Shown: positions 47,701 through 59,130, counted from the stretch's first letter. The stretch is 64,000 nucleotides of DNA from Nemertoderma westbladi (GCA_032718475.1 JAUCBJ010008896.1:124001-188000), one strand, 5' to 3'. Numbers and translations: made by a program. The notes: generated by a model not told the origin, from the letters alone.

Positions 47701-49632
47701 ATTCTGTACGCCAAACGCAACTCCACACTTCATCTCGCTGGATTTTACTCTGCAAAGCTCAAAACACATCAACGTGCTTGGTTCCCATGCGAAATGGAAG
47801 CCCTGGCTATAGCATCAGCCACCCATCACTTCGCACCATATCTGACTCAATCAACCACCCCATCAACCATCGTAACAGACAGCAAACCATGTGTGGAGGC
47901 ATTCGCCAAGCTTAGCCGTGGCGCGTACTCATCCAGCCCACGTCTAACCACGTTCCTGGCGACACTCAGCCAACATAATATCGCTGTAGTCCATATCACT
48001 GGCATACGAAACCTTCCTGCCGACTTCCAAAGCCGACAAGCACCAACCTGCACCGATGGACACTGCCAAGTGTGTAAGTTTGTCGAGGAGCTTTGCGAGG
48101 CACCCATCATTCGAGCGTCATACGATAATACCAGTGCTGCATCATCCCGCCCACTATATGCTACTCGCAGCACTTGGTTAGCCACTCAACAAGAGTGCCC
48201 CGATCTACGCCGCGCAGCGGCGCACTTGTCACAGGGCACCCGCCCGTCAAAAAAAGAGACATCCATCAGGGACATAAAGCGATATCTTGGCTGTGCTACT
48301 GTGGCCTCAGATGGACTTCTCGTTCGCCGCCAAATGGCTCCTTTTAACTCACCCCGGGACCTTATTATTGTCCCCCGCCATGCCTTACCGGGATTACTTA
48401 TGTCAATGCACCTAGAGTTACAGCACCCGTCCCGGGCCCAGCTTCGACTTACAGCTTTACGATATTTCTGTGCCCTAGATATCGATCGCGCCCTAGTCGC
48501 AACGTCCACCAGTTGCGCCCAGTGTGTAGCTTTGCAGGCCGCCCCTCGAAGACCCATTCCCCAGACATCTGAAAAACCACCAGACGTTATTGGAATCTCA
48601 TTCGCTGCCGACGTCATCCGACAGAATAAACAGATGATACTCCTTATCCGGGAGACAGTTTCATCTTACACAGCAGCAACACTTATCCCAGATGAGCGCC
48701 ACGAAACATTGCGGGACGCCCTATTGTGTCTTTGCATTGGACGTTACCCAATCGCAGGCCCCCGCGCCATGATACGCACCGACCCGGCCCCCGGCTTCCG
48801 CACACTGTGTGAAGACAAAACTCTCCTGGCTCACAACCTCAACATCCAGTTAGGAGACGCGAAAAACGTTAATAAAAACCCGGTAGCGGAGCACGCAATA
48901 CGAGAGCTCGAAGAGGAGCTATTGAAGCTTCACCCAACCGGAGGACCGTACTCAGCCGTATCCATTGCTATCGCCGTCGCCCAGTTAAACTCACGAATTC
49001 GCGCATCCGGTCTGTCAGCTAGAGAAGTTTTTAGCCAGAGGGATCAATTCACCGGGGAACAACTCCCAATGTCCGACAACGACCTCATTACATCTCAACA
49101 TCGGTCCCGGCTAGCCAATCACGAGCCCAGCACTATATCGAAGTCACGTGGTGGCCAACGAATTAAAGTGTCCCCTCCGATCGGTATTGGCGATTTAGTC
49201 CACCTTTATAGTGATCAACGGAAATTACATGGACGTCCACGTTATATTGTTTCCGCTGTCGATGCGGACTATGTCAGTGTCCGCAAATTCTCAGGTTCAC
49301 AACTACGCGCACGAGCATACCGTGTCCTCCGCTCTGAGTGTTTCCGCGTACCATACCATCAGTCCCCAGTTCTAAGTCAATTTAATCAATCGTCCGAGGA
49401 CGATGATGACACGTCCTACGTCGAAGCCTCACCTGTCAATCCACCTCAGCACCCTCAGGATGACCCGGGTTTCAGTCCAATGGCTCCACTCGAGTCCCCG
49501 TTGAGTTTGTCTCCCCCTCGTCCTAACAACACTGTTACTGATGACGGACTTAATATGGAGCCTCTTACCCGAGCCCACCGCAGAAGGCAGCCTCCTGATT
49601 ATTACGGATTCCCTAGGGACAACGGATTGTAA
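44800..49632 (+). CDS. Gag-Pol polyprotein (gag, aspartic protease, RT, RNase H, integrase)
   Basis: CPLC...HFLSTC knuckle; LLDSGSESNL; KTDLVSAFYQI, MGMPGS, KIADDLYCGG; TDAA, EMEALA, TDSKP, ADFQSR; H-x4-H...CAQC; AADVI, RTDPAPGF, VAEHAIRELE; uninterrupted. Confidence 0.96.
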   Translation: MAALKTPRLNPLSKTESINSFEAWRQTLIYSLSLDPEFARFTADGVRWTKTSPAHPTRGLVGDGDNIPATQRRTAQQKVTTLNLLLGQIANYAPIISRNSIIRSSTSLNFIWQALRLHYGFESSGSHFLDFAAIQLEHEERPEDLYQRLVAFTDDNLLTVDGGISHCGEAPIVDEEVSPSLENFIVLTWLRLINPDLPQLIKQRYGTELRSRTLTSIKQEISQALPSLLDELRTNADVRTFRTFTSSSTSRAPPSGARRSGAQSSRAQTTKVCPLCQQANRRDTDHFLSTCRFLPEQDRRFLVRTRVVEVTDDEEELPEETYYPEEDVVVTPPSRVRRVAVIRSPSIEVTHGSRPITLLLDSGSESNLIEESLAIQLGALITPSSHQVPALADGRSTLRVTGETRLRFKRGTLHFEFHGLVIPQLGSPIIGGMPFLQYNDISIRPALGTATFRDGSTTAYTTQVQPNLRGRQSDSHLLRASARSVVIWPGEELHIPLPLTADKDEDILIAPHVPTGNPVAASHVWFPPFLAKHTNGQVSIPNSSGVPITIKRNSHVCVATPLCSPTQSELTPSVLVPVIRKAQHTAEGNTNLVQLDPDGCLSDCQRTEFKNILSQFTSVFNSQIPGYNGAAGPFEAVVNMGPTLPPQQKGRVPQYSRNRLLELQEKFDELEALGVFSTPERAGINVEYLSPSFLVAKPSGGTRLVTAFNEVARYSKPQPSLLPDVNHILRIIGSYKYIVKTDLVSAFYQIPLQQASMKYCGVVTPFRGVRVYTRCAMGMPGSETALEELMCRILGDLLTEGVVTKIADDLYCGGGSIPELAHNFSRMLAALDRCNLRLSPRKTFICPESTTILGWKWSRGSLAASPHVVSTLATCTTPGTVRALRSFIGSYKILARVLPRCSALVAPLDGLVSGHPSDPVAWEEATLTAFRRAQAALKTCRTIVIPHPSDELFIVTDAATSTGGLGAILYAKRNSTLHLAGFYSAKLKTHQRAWFPCEMEALAIASATHHFAPYLTQSTTPSTIVTDSKPCVEAFAKLSRGAYSSSPRLTTFLATLSQHNIAVVHITGIRNLPADFQSRQAPTCTDGHCQVCKFVEELCEAPIIRASYDNTSAASSRPLYATRSTWLATQQECPDLRRAAAHLSQGTRPSKKETSIRDIKRYLGCATVASDGLLVRRQMAPFNSPRDLIIVPRHALPGLLMSMHLELQHPSRAQLRLTALRYFCALDIDRALVATSTSCAQCVALQAAPRRPIPQTSEKPPDVIGISFAADVIRQNKQMILLIRETVSSYTAATLIPDERHETLRDALLCLCIGRYPIAGPRAMIRTDPAPGFRTLCEDKTLLAHNLNIQLGDAKNVNKNPVAEHAIRELEEELLKLHPTGGPYSAVSIAIAVAQLNSRIRASGLSAREVFSQRDQFTGEQLPMSDNDLITSQHRSRLANHEPSTISKSRGGQRIKVSPPIGIGDLVHLYSDQRKLHGRPRYIVSAVDADYVSVRKFSGSQLRARAYRVLRSECFRVPYHQSPVLSQFNQSSEDDDDTSYVEASPVNPPQHPQDDPGFSPMAPLESPLSLSPPRPNNTVTDDGLNMEPLTRAHRRRQPPDYYGFPRDNGL

Positions 49633-49866
49633 CTCAAGTAGTGAGCCTAATATCCCTAGTACTACTTATAGCTTTAAAACTGATATAGTAAAGTGCGCCC
49701 GACTGTACAACTGAAACTGAAAGTTAATCCCGTCACTAGCGAGTCATTTCACAAACTTATATCTAAAACGTGACGTAAGTCGTTCAAACTGAAAGTACAT
49801 GGTGTAGCTGTGTCAATATTAGTCTGATTGATAGTGATTTGATATTGTGTTGTGCAGTGCCACCAG

Positions 49867-49897
49867 AATAGGAAGGTAAAAAGGTCGAAGGAGGTCG
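49867..49897 (+). promoter_or_regulatory. Polypurine tract
   Basis: AATAGGAAGGTAAAAAGGTCGAAGGAGGTCG immediately before the 3' LTR. Confidence 0.75.
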
Positions 49898-50288
49898 CGC
49901 CAGACCGTCCTACGGACATCTTGCCCCACCCCGCAGGGTTGGTGGCATTAGGTTCATAGAGGGCCAGTCGGGACCTACCGGTAGCCTTATCTGGGAGTCC
50001 CGGTCTGAGTCGGACATACCTGTACCGAGGGAGGCCCTGACTGTCAGATCACACCCTTACCGGTACTACACCTCACGGCCTATATCCCTGGTTCGTTGAG
50101 TACCTACCGTCATAGGTTTTACCTCACCTAGTTAGTTAGGCCTATCATTTGTTGTTTATTGTTTACCTTTACCATAGCAGGATATTTACCACCCTGTCTA
50201 TCGCTTATTATACGATTGGATTATAGCCTATCTTCCTATTAGCATTCCTATTACCAGTCAGCCAAGTGGCGACTTTACCACCTTGGCG
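49898..50288 (+). repeat. 3' LTR
   Basis: CGCCAGACC...CCTTGGCG. Confidence 0.96.
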
Positions 50289-50990
50289 TAGGCATAAATA
50301 TTATACGCACAGAAGTTGAATAGTTCTCTGAAAAAAATATAAGATTTCGATATACCGTTAGCGTGTGCAGCAAAACCGAAACTATAGCTCGCCCGTCAAT
50401 GAAAAAGTTATATCAATCGACGCAGCTCAACCCCAGGATGTGGAAAAATAAAGTGTTTATTTTTATTTCGAGAAATAGCCCCAAAGCACCAAAATTGCCA
50501 ATATAGATTCACCAGCTGCTGGTGCTCATGATGGCCTAGTAAGCTACTACTATTGATTGAATGGATAGGCCCAAACGGCAGAGAAGTATTTGCAATGCTC
50601 ATTGCTGCAACTACCTCAGTCTTACCCAGACAGGAGAAAAAAACTGTTAGTTTGTTACATATTACTCCGTCAGCTGAATGGCTACTCCCAGCGAATCCTA
50701 CGGGAATATCTATAATGTTACTCATTGCTATGTTAGGTGGGAGGCCAGTGAATTGAATTTTAAGCACTGGGCCATTCAAATGTTTTATAGGTTAATAATA
50801 ATGACAATATGTGGGGGCTGGTATTACTTTTTTTCAAACTGTATCTCACTATCTTCTCAGACTGTGACACAACTACACTTCGTTTGTCTATGGAAGGTCT
50901 TCTTATAGCCAGCTTGCTGGCTTTCTAGTGTAATACAAATGCAAAGTATGTTGTGTTTCACATACGATAATAATGGACTGGACGATCGTA

Positions 50991-50996
50991 TTTATT
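50991..50996 (-). terminator. Polyadenylation signal AATAAA of the basic repeat-protein gene
   Basis: About 150 nt past the stop; the context TTTATTGATAGG recurs downstream of the paralog at ~62050-62061. Confidence 0.6.
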
Positions 50997-51147
50997 GATA
51001 GGATAATCACCTGAAGATAAATGGTGATAATCTAAGTACACTAGGGCTAATTAAGATTGAATTAATTGATGTAAATTTCTTCTTTTCAATTAGTTCACAA
51101 AAAAACCTATTTTATATCTTTAGTTGTCATCTTTAATTGACCTCAGT

Positions 51148-53687
51148 TTATTTTTGATTGCTAGTTTTGCTGCTCGTCTTGGATGGTGGTAATTTTGAAG
51201 CTGATCCTTCAGATGCCTTTGTTCCTGATGCCGATATTGGCACCGCACTTTCAGAAGCTACCTTTGATGCTGATGCTGCTTTTGTTGTCGATACCGCGTT
51301 TGCTGAAATTACCCTTGATCCGGATGCTGCCTTAGATGCCACTGCTGTCTTTGATCCTGATGTTGAAGATTGTGAAGGTTTTCTATTAGGGTATGAGATA
51401 GTGGATTTTCCTGGTGTAATTGGTTGTTTTCTACTTATCTGTTTCGAAGATCCAGCCCTACTTTCGCTCTTCTTTCCTCTCTTATGAGACCCTTTTAGGC
51501 TTTTACTCCTTTTCGCTCTTTTTGAAGATCCTCCTCTACTTTTGCTTCCTTTACCCCTTTTTGAAGATCCACCTCTTCCTTTGCTTCTTTTACCCCTTTT
51601 TGAAGATCCTCGTCGACTTCTGCTTTTTCTACCCCTTTTCGAAGATCCTCCTCGAGTTTTGCTTCTTTTACCCCTTTTCGAAGATCCTCCTCGACTTTTA
51701 CTTCTATTGCCTTTCTTTGAAGATCCTCCTATACTTCTGCTTCTTTTACCCTTTTTCGAAGATCCTCCTCGACTTCTGCTTCTTTTACCCCTTTTTGAAG
51801 ATCCTCCTCGACTTTTGCTTCTTTTACCCCTTTTCGAAGATCCTCGTCGACTTCTGCTTTTTCTACCCCTTTTCGTAGATCCTCCTCGAGTTTTGCTTCT
51901 TTTACCCCTTTTCGAAGATCGTCCTGGAGTTTTGCTTCTTTTACCCTTTTTCGAAGATCCTCCTCGACTTCTGTTTCTTTTACCCCTTTTCGAAGATCCT
52001 CCTTGACTTTTGCTTCTTTTATTCCTTTTCGAAGATCGTCCTTGACTTTTGCTTCTTTTACTACTTTTTGAAGATCCTCCTCTACTTTTGCTTCTTTTAC
52101 CCCTTTTTGAAGATCCTCCTCGACTTTTGCTTCTTTTACCCCTTTTCGAAGATCCTCCTCGACTTTTGCTTCTTTTACCCCTTTTCGAAGAACCTCCTCG
52201 ACTTTTGCTTCTTTTACCCTTTTTCGAAGATCCTCCTCGACTTTTGCTTTTTTTACCACTTTTTGAAGATCCTCCTCGACTTTTGCTTCTTTTACCCCTT
52301 TTTGAAGATCCTCCTCGACTTTTGCTTCTTTTACCCCTTTTCGAAGAACCTCCTCTACTTTTGCTTCTTTTACCCCTTTTCGAAGATCCTCCTCGACTTT
52401 TGCTTCTTTTACCCCTTTTCGAAGAACCTCCTCGACTTTTGCTTCTTTTACCCCTTTTCGAAGAACCTCCTCGACTTTTGCTTCTTTTACCCCTTTTCGA
52501 AGATCCTCCTCGACTTTTGCTTCTTTTACCCCTTTTCGAAGAACCTCCTCGACTTTTGCTTCTTTTACCCTTTTTCGAAGATCCTCCTCGACTTTTGCTT
52601 CTTTTACCACTTTTTAAAGATCCTCCTCCACTTCTGCTTCTTTTAACCCTTTTCGAAGATCCACCTATATTTTTGCTTCTTTTTCCCTTTTTTGAAGATC
52701 CTCCACGACTTTTGCTTCTTTTGCCCTGTTTTGAAGATCCTCCCTGACTTTTACTGCTATTACCCCCTTTTGAAGATCCCGACCGACTTGTGCTCCTCAG
52801 CCACTTTGGATAAATCTTAGGAATAGTAGGAACAGTTACATTTTCTGTTTTATTGTCCTTTGATCCCCCTCTACTTTTGCTTCTTTTACCCCTTTTCGAA
52901 GACCCTCCTCGACTTTTGTTTCTTTTACCCCTTTTCGAAGATCCTCCTCTACTTTTGCTTCTTTTACCCCTTTTCGAATATCCTCCTCGACTGTTGCTTC
53001 TTTTACCCCTTTTCGAAGATCCTCCTCTACTTTTGCTTCTTTTACCACTTTTTAAAGATCCACCTCTACTTTTGCTTCTTTTACCCCTTTTCGAAGATCC
53101 TCGTCGACTTCTGCTTCTTTTACCCCTTTTCGAAGTTCCTCCTCGAGTTTTGCTTCTTTTACCCCTTTTTGAAGATCCTCCTCGACTTTTGCTTCTTTTA
53201 CCCCGTTTTGAAGATCCCGATCGACTTGTGATCTTCAGCCAATTCTTTGGATAAATCTTAGGTATAGTAGGAACAGTTACATTTTCTGTTTTATTGTTCT
53301 TTGATCCCTCACGACTTTTGCTTCTTTTACCCCTTTTTGAGGATCCTCCCTTTTTGCTTCTTTTTACCTGTTTTGGAGATCCTCCTCGACATTGGCTTCT
53401 TTTACCTTTTTTCGGAGAGCCACCTTGACTTTTGCTTCTGTTACCCTTTTTAGGAGAACCTCCTCGACTTTTATTTCTTTTACCTATTTTTGGAGATCCT
53501 GCTCGACTATTGCTTCTGTTATCCCTTTTCGGAGATTCACCTTGGGTTTTGCTTCTTTTACCCTTTTTCGGAGATCCACCTTGGGTTTTGCTTCTTTTAA
53601 CCTTTTTTGGAGATCCTCCTCGACTTTTGTTTCTTTTACCTATTTTTGGAGATCCACCTTCAGTTGCTTGTTGTAGATCAACATCAC
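51148..53687 (-). CDS. Exon 2 of a highly basic K/R/S/G repeat protein (sperm nuclear basic protein/protamine-like candidate)
   Basis: Open for 2.5 kb; 13-aa (39-bp) repeat GGSSKRGKRSKSR, SPKK/SPKR variants at the start, two NVTVPTIPKIYPK spacers and an A/S/K tail; acceptor TTAG|GT at 53688/53687. Confidence 0.8.
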
Positions 53688-53801
53688 CTAAGTAATAAGT
53701 TAAATAATAAATAAACAATAATTACATCATCATATTATTCGTTTAATATTTTATTAATTGATGAGGAAATATTGATCTACTACTACATTCGTGACTCATA
53801 C

Positions 53802-54006
53802 CTTGTTGCCCTTGTATAGCAACACATCCTTCAATTAGTTGCCACCCTTCGGGTGTTGGCATTGCGATTGGTCCTGATAATAGCCTCCAATCGTCGCCAT
53901 CTTGCAAAAGTGGAAGGCCATTCCTTTGTCCTGTGGCTGGGCTCATAACGCTTACAGACTCTCCAGCAACCGTTGTCCTTTTAGTTTTTGTTTGATTCTT
54001 AGACAT
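53802..54006 (-). CDS. Exon 1 of the basic repeat-protein gene
   Basis: ATG at 54006; donor CAAG|GTATGA at 53802/53801; 114-nt AT-rich phase-1 intron joins in frame (QQG|DVDLQQ), giving ~914 aa. Confidence 0.7.
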
Positions 54007-54574
54007 TCTTGTTACAATTAAATTGTTGCTTAACTTGTTAATTCATATGTAATGCTATAACTTTCACAAATTATTTTTTCGTTACTAACCTACAGTATAT
54101 GTATAAGTAAAATATTATATAAATTATCTCTACTCTAATTAATGTTTGTCAAAACAGATATTTTTTATTACATTAGTCAGAAAGATAAATTATAGCACCG
54201 ATTCTTACATTACTACTGTAGCTACCGGTACCGGTACCTTAAAAACAACAACTATCATTAAAAAATGATAGCTAACATCTCCCAGAAAGTGAAACGTATG
54301 TTCTAGAACAAAAGACCTCATGAAAATAGCCAAAATGATCAAAATTTTGGGTACCGGTACCGGTAACTGGTGTATTGTAGCCTAATGCCCCTATTCCGTG
54401 CAGCCATCTTGGTATGTTTATTTTTTATAGCTAGTTTTTTTTTTAGAAATTCTTCTTAAGACATATTAAATATTTCTTAAAATTTAAAATTATCCATGAC
54501 CGGATACTTCTTATCCGGGTAGTGTACAAATTTTGTAAATTTTTATCAGGCCAGGTACGATGTCTGGCTTACTG

Positions 54575-54651
54575 GGTTTCCTCAGTGTGGTATCGGATTC
54601 GAACCTGGGACCTCGAGGTGTGAGCTGAAACAACAACCTCTATGGCACAGG
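54575..54651 (-). mobile_element. tRNA-derived SINE head remnant
   Basis: Minus strand GAGGTCCCAGGTTCGAATCC (B box) with a degenerate upstream A-box region; no complete cloverleaf. Confidence 0.45.
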
Positions 54652-57194
54652 ACTAATATGAGTTTTAAAGCCAGCTAAAATGTGTTAACATAGGCCTACG
54701 CTGTTTTTAAGGTGTTTGGAGACAGAGATGGTATTTACACCAACAAACTAGCTATGAGATCACCATAAAACCAAAAACATTTTCTGGAACATCTTTTTTT
54801 AGAAAAAAAACAAGGTTTGTATTAAAATCTTATGAGTTCGTTATATCAACATAATTTAGCATTTTAGTGATTCTCTGGAAACATTATTCTCTTTTATAAA
54901 ATCTACAGTAGGCCTAGCTATTCATATTCATGCACTATGTGCCACTTTGTGCGTAGAAATCGTTGTGGGGTAGGCCTACCGGTACTAGTAGCATAGGCCC
55001 TATGTGTTTCTGGTTGTCTTCTGTGTTATTTGACCTTCTGACAGTAAGATGATGGTAGCTAGTAATTTTGATTTTGTGTTAGCTAGTACTTTATATTATA
55101 GTTTTTGACCAATTTTTATCTGGTAAAAATTACTTTTATTATTTATTACCTCCCATAAATTTTACTAGCTATCATCATAATTTAAGTGAAAATTTCAAAA
55201 TATTAAAGGATATTATTTTATTTATTTTATACTCGTTTTATAACAATCCCTTCTTTTTAAATACAAACCTGGCTTTTGTCTATAAAATTTTTAGAACAAA
55301 AAAAACATTTTTTAGAACATTAATCTTTTCCAAATAAAATAGCTAACATGTCAGCATGTTCTGGTACATTTCAAAAAAAGAAATTCACAAAAACTATCTA
55401 GTAGATAAAATTTGGTGGGTGGTGTACGCATACTGCACCAGTACCCAGTCGAATGGATGGAGATGGATTAATTTTTATTGCGTCGAATCCCCCCCCCCCC
55501 CCCTCCCCCTCCCCCTATCTGGTTGTTTCTTATTATCATTTATTATTGGAGCTGTCATGAGGTGTCTTAACCTCGACTGATAGTTTATTTTATCGAAAAT
55601 AACTTATCTATCTGTTGTAGAGACAAGAGAACTTATGATAGTGCAATGCATACTTTTTAACATGGTAGTTTGCAAATTTTTGTAAATGCGAAATTCTTAT
55701 GATGAAATTAATATCTCATATTCATTAACAACACAACCTCTAGGACACAGGTATGTACTGTACTTGAGATATGGAGTTAATTTTAGTTAATAATAGGCCC
55801 TGTTAATTTTAAAGCCAGCTGCCATTTTATTGTCTCTAATTTATATTAATGTATTTTTAAGGTGTGGGGAGGATTACTCCTAAGTTTGCGCCAGTTATTT
55901 TCGGTAAAATAAACTTATCATTCGAGGTTAAGAGCCCTCTAAAACAGAAGGGCATGAGGGGGAACATGTTAAAACGGGGAGATTAATTATTACAGATGAT
56001 GAAGACCGACACCCGCTGGAAAAGTTCCAATAGAACCTTAAACATCTTTAATATCCCTAGAACAGTTATAATAAAACTGTATAGCAACAAGCACCACGAA
56101 TATACAGCTATATGTTAACATGCTTTGTTAAAGAAATCCAATAAAAATGTAGGCCTACCTACCTAAGGACAAATTATAAATGGTTATTTCCTAACTTTGT
56201 TGAATATTCTGGAATTGCTATTTTTCCAGTTGGTATGATAACTAATTAAATTTCGAATAATAATAATACAGTTATTACATCACCTCCTGTGCCGTAGGCC
56301 TATATTCAATCAATTCAACAACAACTTCCCTTAAACAAATGGCAACCGACATAGACGACGAGCGTGACAAAGAGTCTTACGGCGATCTCATAGCTACTGT
56401 AGTTGGACGGTTTTATGCAAAAGGTTGTTAATCAACAAAAGTTCAATTTGAGATAATCGATGTCAACGTTTTTAACATCATGTGTGATCGTTGTAGTATT
56501 ATCCAGACACTGTTGTGTTTTTATAAAAAAACATTTATGGCAATTAAAGTATTTTTCAAGTTAATGTGCTAGAATATAGCATTTTACTCCGAAATTTTGG
56601 AGAAAAAAAAATTTGGAGAAATTTTAGCTTAACACTTTTTGAAAACTTAATATTTGGCAAAACGTTAAATTGTCAAAAGTTGTCATACTTGCAAAAAGAT
56701 GTCAAAAGATGTCAAGCCACACAATTATTATGTGGATTAAATCTTTTTTGCAATATTATTTGTGGTTAAACACTCTTTGACTTATTACAAATCCGGACTG
56801 TGGCTTAACTTTCTTGCATTTTTAAGCCATTTCTTCGTATTATTGGGCAATAGGATCTCATAAATTAGGTAGATTACACTTTCGTCTATCGAATGATACA
56901 AAAAAATTCAATTTCGACAAAATGTGGGATAACACCCTATTGCATAACACCGTCCAGTTGGTATAAATACCACCTCAGTTGCCTTACCTCATACAGGAAT
57001 AAACACCGCAGATTTTATATATTCACGATGATTTAAGTACAACTGACATGTTGTTATTTAAATTAGAAAGTGTACATGTAAATGTTAATTAATGTAAATA
57101 TTAAGCCTAATAGGAAAGTGCTACAACATAAATAACCAAATGCCCGTTGCTATGGTAACAATAAGGACTTCACTGGTGAACATAACGGTAAACT

Positions 57195-58330
57195 CATAAC
57201 TTTCAGTCTCCCGCTCACTATGTTCAGCATACTTTCATTATATGGGATTCCTGATGAAATTATTGCAGCAATCAGATCAGTATACGATGGTTCGACAACA
57301 TTTGTGTCTACTGTTGATGGTGACGCAGAACCATTTGAAGTGTTATGGGGCGTCCTCCAGGGAGACACACTTGCACCATTCTTGTTCATAATTGTGGTTG
57401 ACTATGTTCTACGCATGTCCTTAGATCATCATAATGATGATGGGGTGATGACAACTCCACCTACTGGCTCCAGAAGTCGAGGAAATCCTGCCAAGTACTT
57501 AACTGATCTAGACTTTGCTGATGACTTAGGAGTACTCTCAGAATCACTAGAGGGAGCCCAACGGCTCCTCAGCTCATTAGAACATGCTGCTTCTAGTGTT
57601 TGTCTTTTTATTAACTCCAGAAAGACCACAATTTTGACAGTTAACTTTGAAAGTTCTCAGCAAGTCTCTGATCGGATGAGCATAAGCTCAAAGGATGGTA
57701 TGCTTGAGCATGTGGACGACTTCTGTTACCTGGGATCATGGATCCGGAAGTCAGGTGAGGACCTTCGAATACGTAAGGGAAAGGCATGGGCAGCCTTGAA
57801 TAGGCTTTCCAGGATTTAGAAGTCACCGAGAATTAATCGGAAACTTAAGGTCCGATTATTTAGAGCAGCAGTGGTTCCAGTACTCCTCTATGGGAGTCCA
57901 TGCTGGGCTCTAACTGCTGAGGACACCAAATCCCTAGATGGCACATTCACAGGAATGATACGCCGGGTTCATTGTATCAAGTACAATGCACACATCTCCA
58001 ACCAGACAATATATAACATTGGAGGTGTCTCATTGGTTCCCCCAAGCTTGACACTAGAACAAAATCGCCTCCGCTTTGCAGGACATTGCTTTCGCCGTGA
58101 GGACCAGCCAGTGCATAATCTTGTACTTTGGCAGCCTCATGGAGTGAATAAGCATGGTGGACAGCCCATGACTTTCTTGAGACGCATCTTAAAGGACACT
58201 GGCCTTGAAGATGCGGATGATCTAGCAAATATCATGGGTGATAGGGAGTTGTGGCGGCGCAATTTTGTAGACAAGCCGGCACAGCATTCTTAAAAATGCA
58301 GCTGCAATGCAGCCTGCCGATACTAGTAGT
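57195..58330 (+). mobile_element. 5'-truncated RTE LINE
   Basis: GVLQGDTLAPFLF, DLDFADDL, FCYLGSWI, RLRFAGHCFR; (TAG)n tail; 13-bp TSD ATAACGGTAAACT (57182-57194 and 58331-58343); one in-frame stop. Confidence 0.92.
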
Positions 58331-59130
58331 ATAACGGTAAACTACTCTATGTATACTAACCAACCGAGATATAAACACATGGACGCAGTTGAAGTATGTA
58401 GGCCTACAATATGATTTTTTCGAGATTTTTCGCAGATTTCCAATAGTTTTCAGGTGTCATGGCAACAGAGTCAGGACCTACTTGGTCTTTACTTAATTAT
58501 CTGGACTTAACAATATTCAAGGTATTTGACCCTCAACAGAATTTTATTTTACTTTCATGGTAACAACTGCATTTCACATGACGAAACATTTCAGAAGGTC
58601 ATAATTTCCTTGCTTCCATGGTTACGGGGAGGCTGCCAATTTGTTTCAATGGAGCCACTGCTAGAAATTGAAGAGTGGGACATGCACAATATATTTATAG
58701 TTTTCATGATTTTGAACACGTATTAGGTAACGGTTTAAGAAATTCCTGATATTTACCGTAAACGGACGTTTTATGAAGTAGTTGCCATGGCAACCGGGTT
58801 TTGAAAATACCACAATCGATTCTCTGATGGCGATTTAGTGGGGAGTAGGTAAGGGTTATTATTCTGTAGGAGTCTTGGAAAATTATACTTTATAAATGAC
58901 CCCCTGTTGCCATGGTAATTGGGACTCTTTCTTATTAATATGCGGATTTTTCGTGGAGCCATTGATTTTCATATTCACACAACTTTTGCGCTTCGTAGTA
59001 GCAATTTTCTTGCTTTTGTAAATTTTTTTGCATATTTGCCATTTTTATAGCATAACAGACTCAACTAGTATGCAATATATTGTATACCCTATGGTACTAC
59101 AGAACATCTAAGGGGTAAATGTGAAGTTAA

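Larger units (their letters stand above)
44324..50288 (+). mobile_element. Intact Gypsy-type LTR retrotransposon with CG...CG termini and 3-bp TSD (Troyka-type)
   Basis: 391-bp LTRs that look identical, each bounded by CGCCA...TGGCG; flanks TAG (44321-44323) and TAG (50289-50291); PBS, PPT and a single 1610-aa ORF in PR-RT-RH-INT order. Confidence 0.93.

Noticed and set aside
50408-50779. 123-aa minus-strand ORF as a host gene
   Set aside because: Non-ATG start and only a faint resemblance to a decayed LINE 3' end; no other support.
51158-53695. Leu/Phe/Pro-rich plus-strand ORFs and the VKEAKVEEDLRKG alternative-frame ORFs
   Set aside because: Shadow frames of the 39-bp coding repeat; only the K/R/S/G frame is open throughout and splices to an ATG exon.
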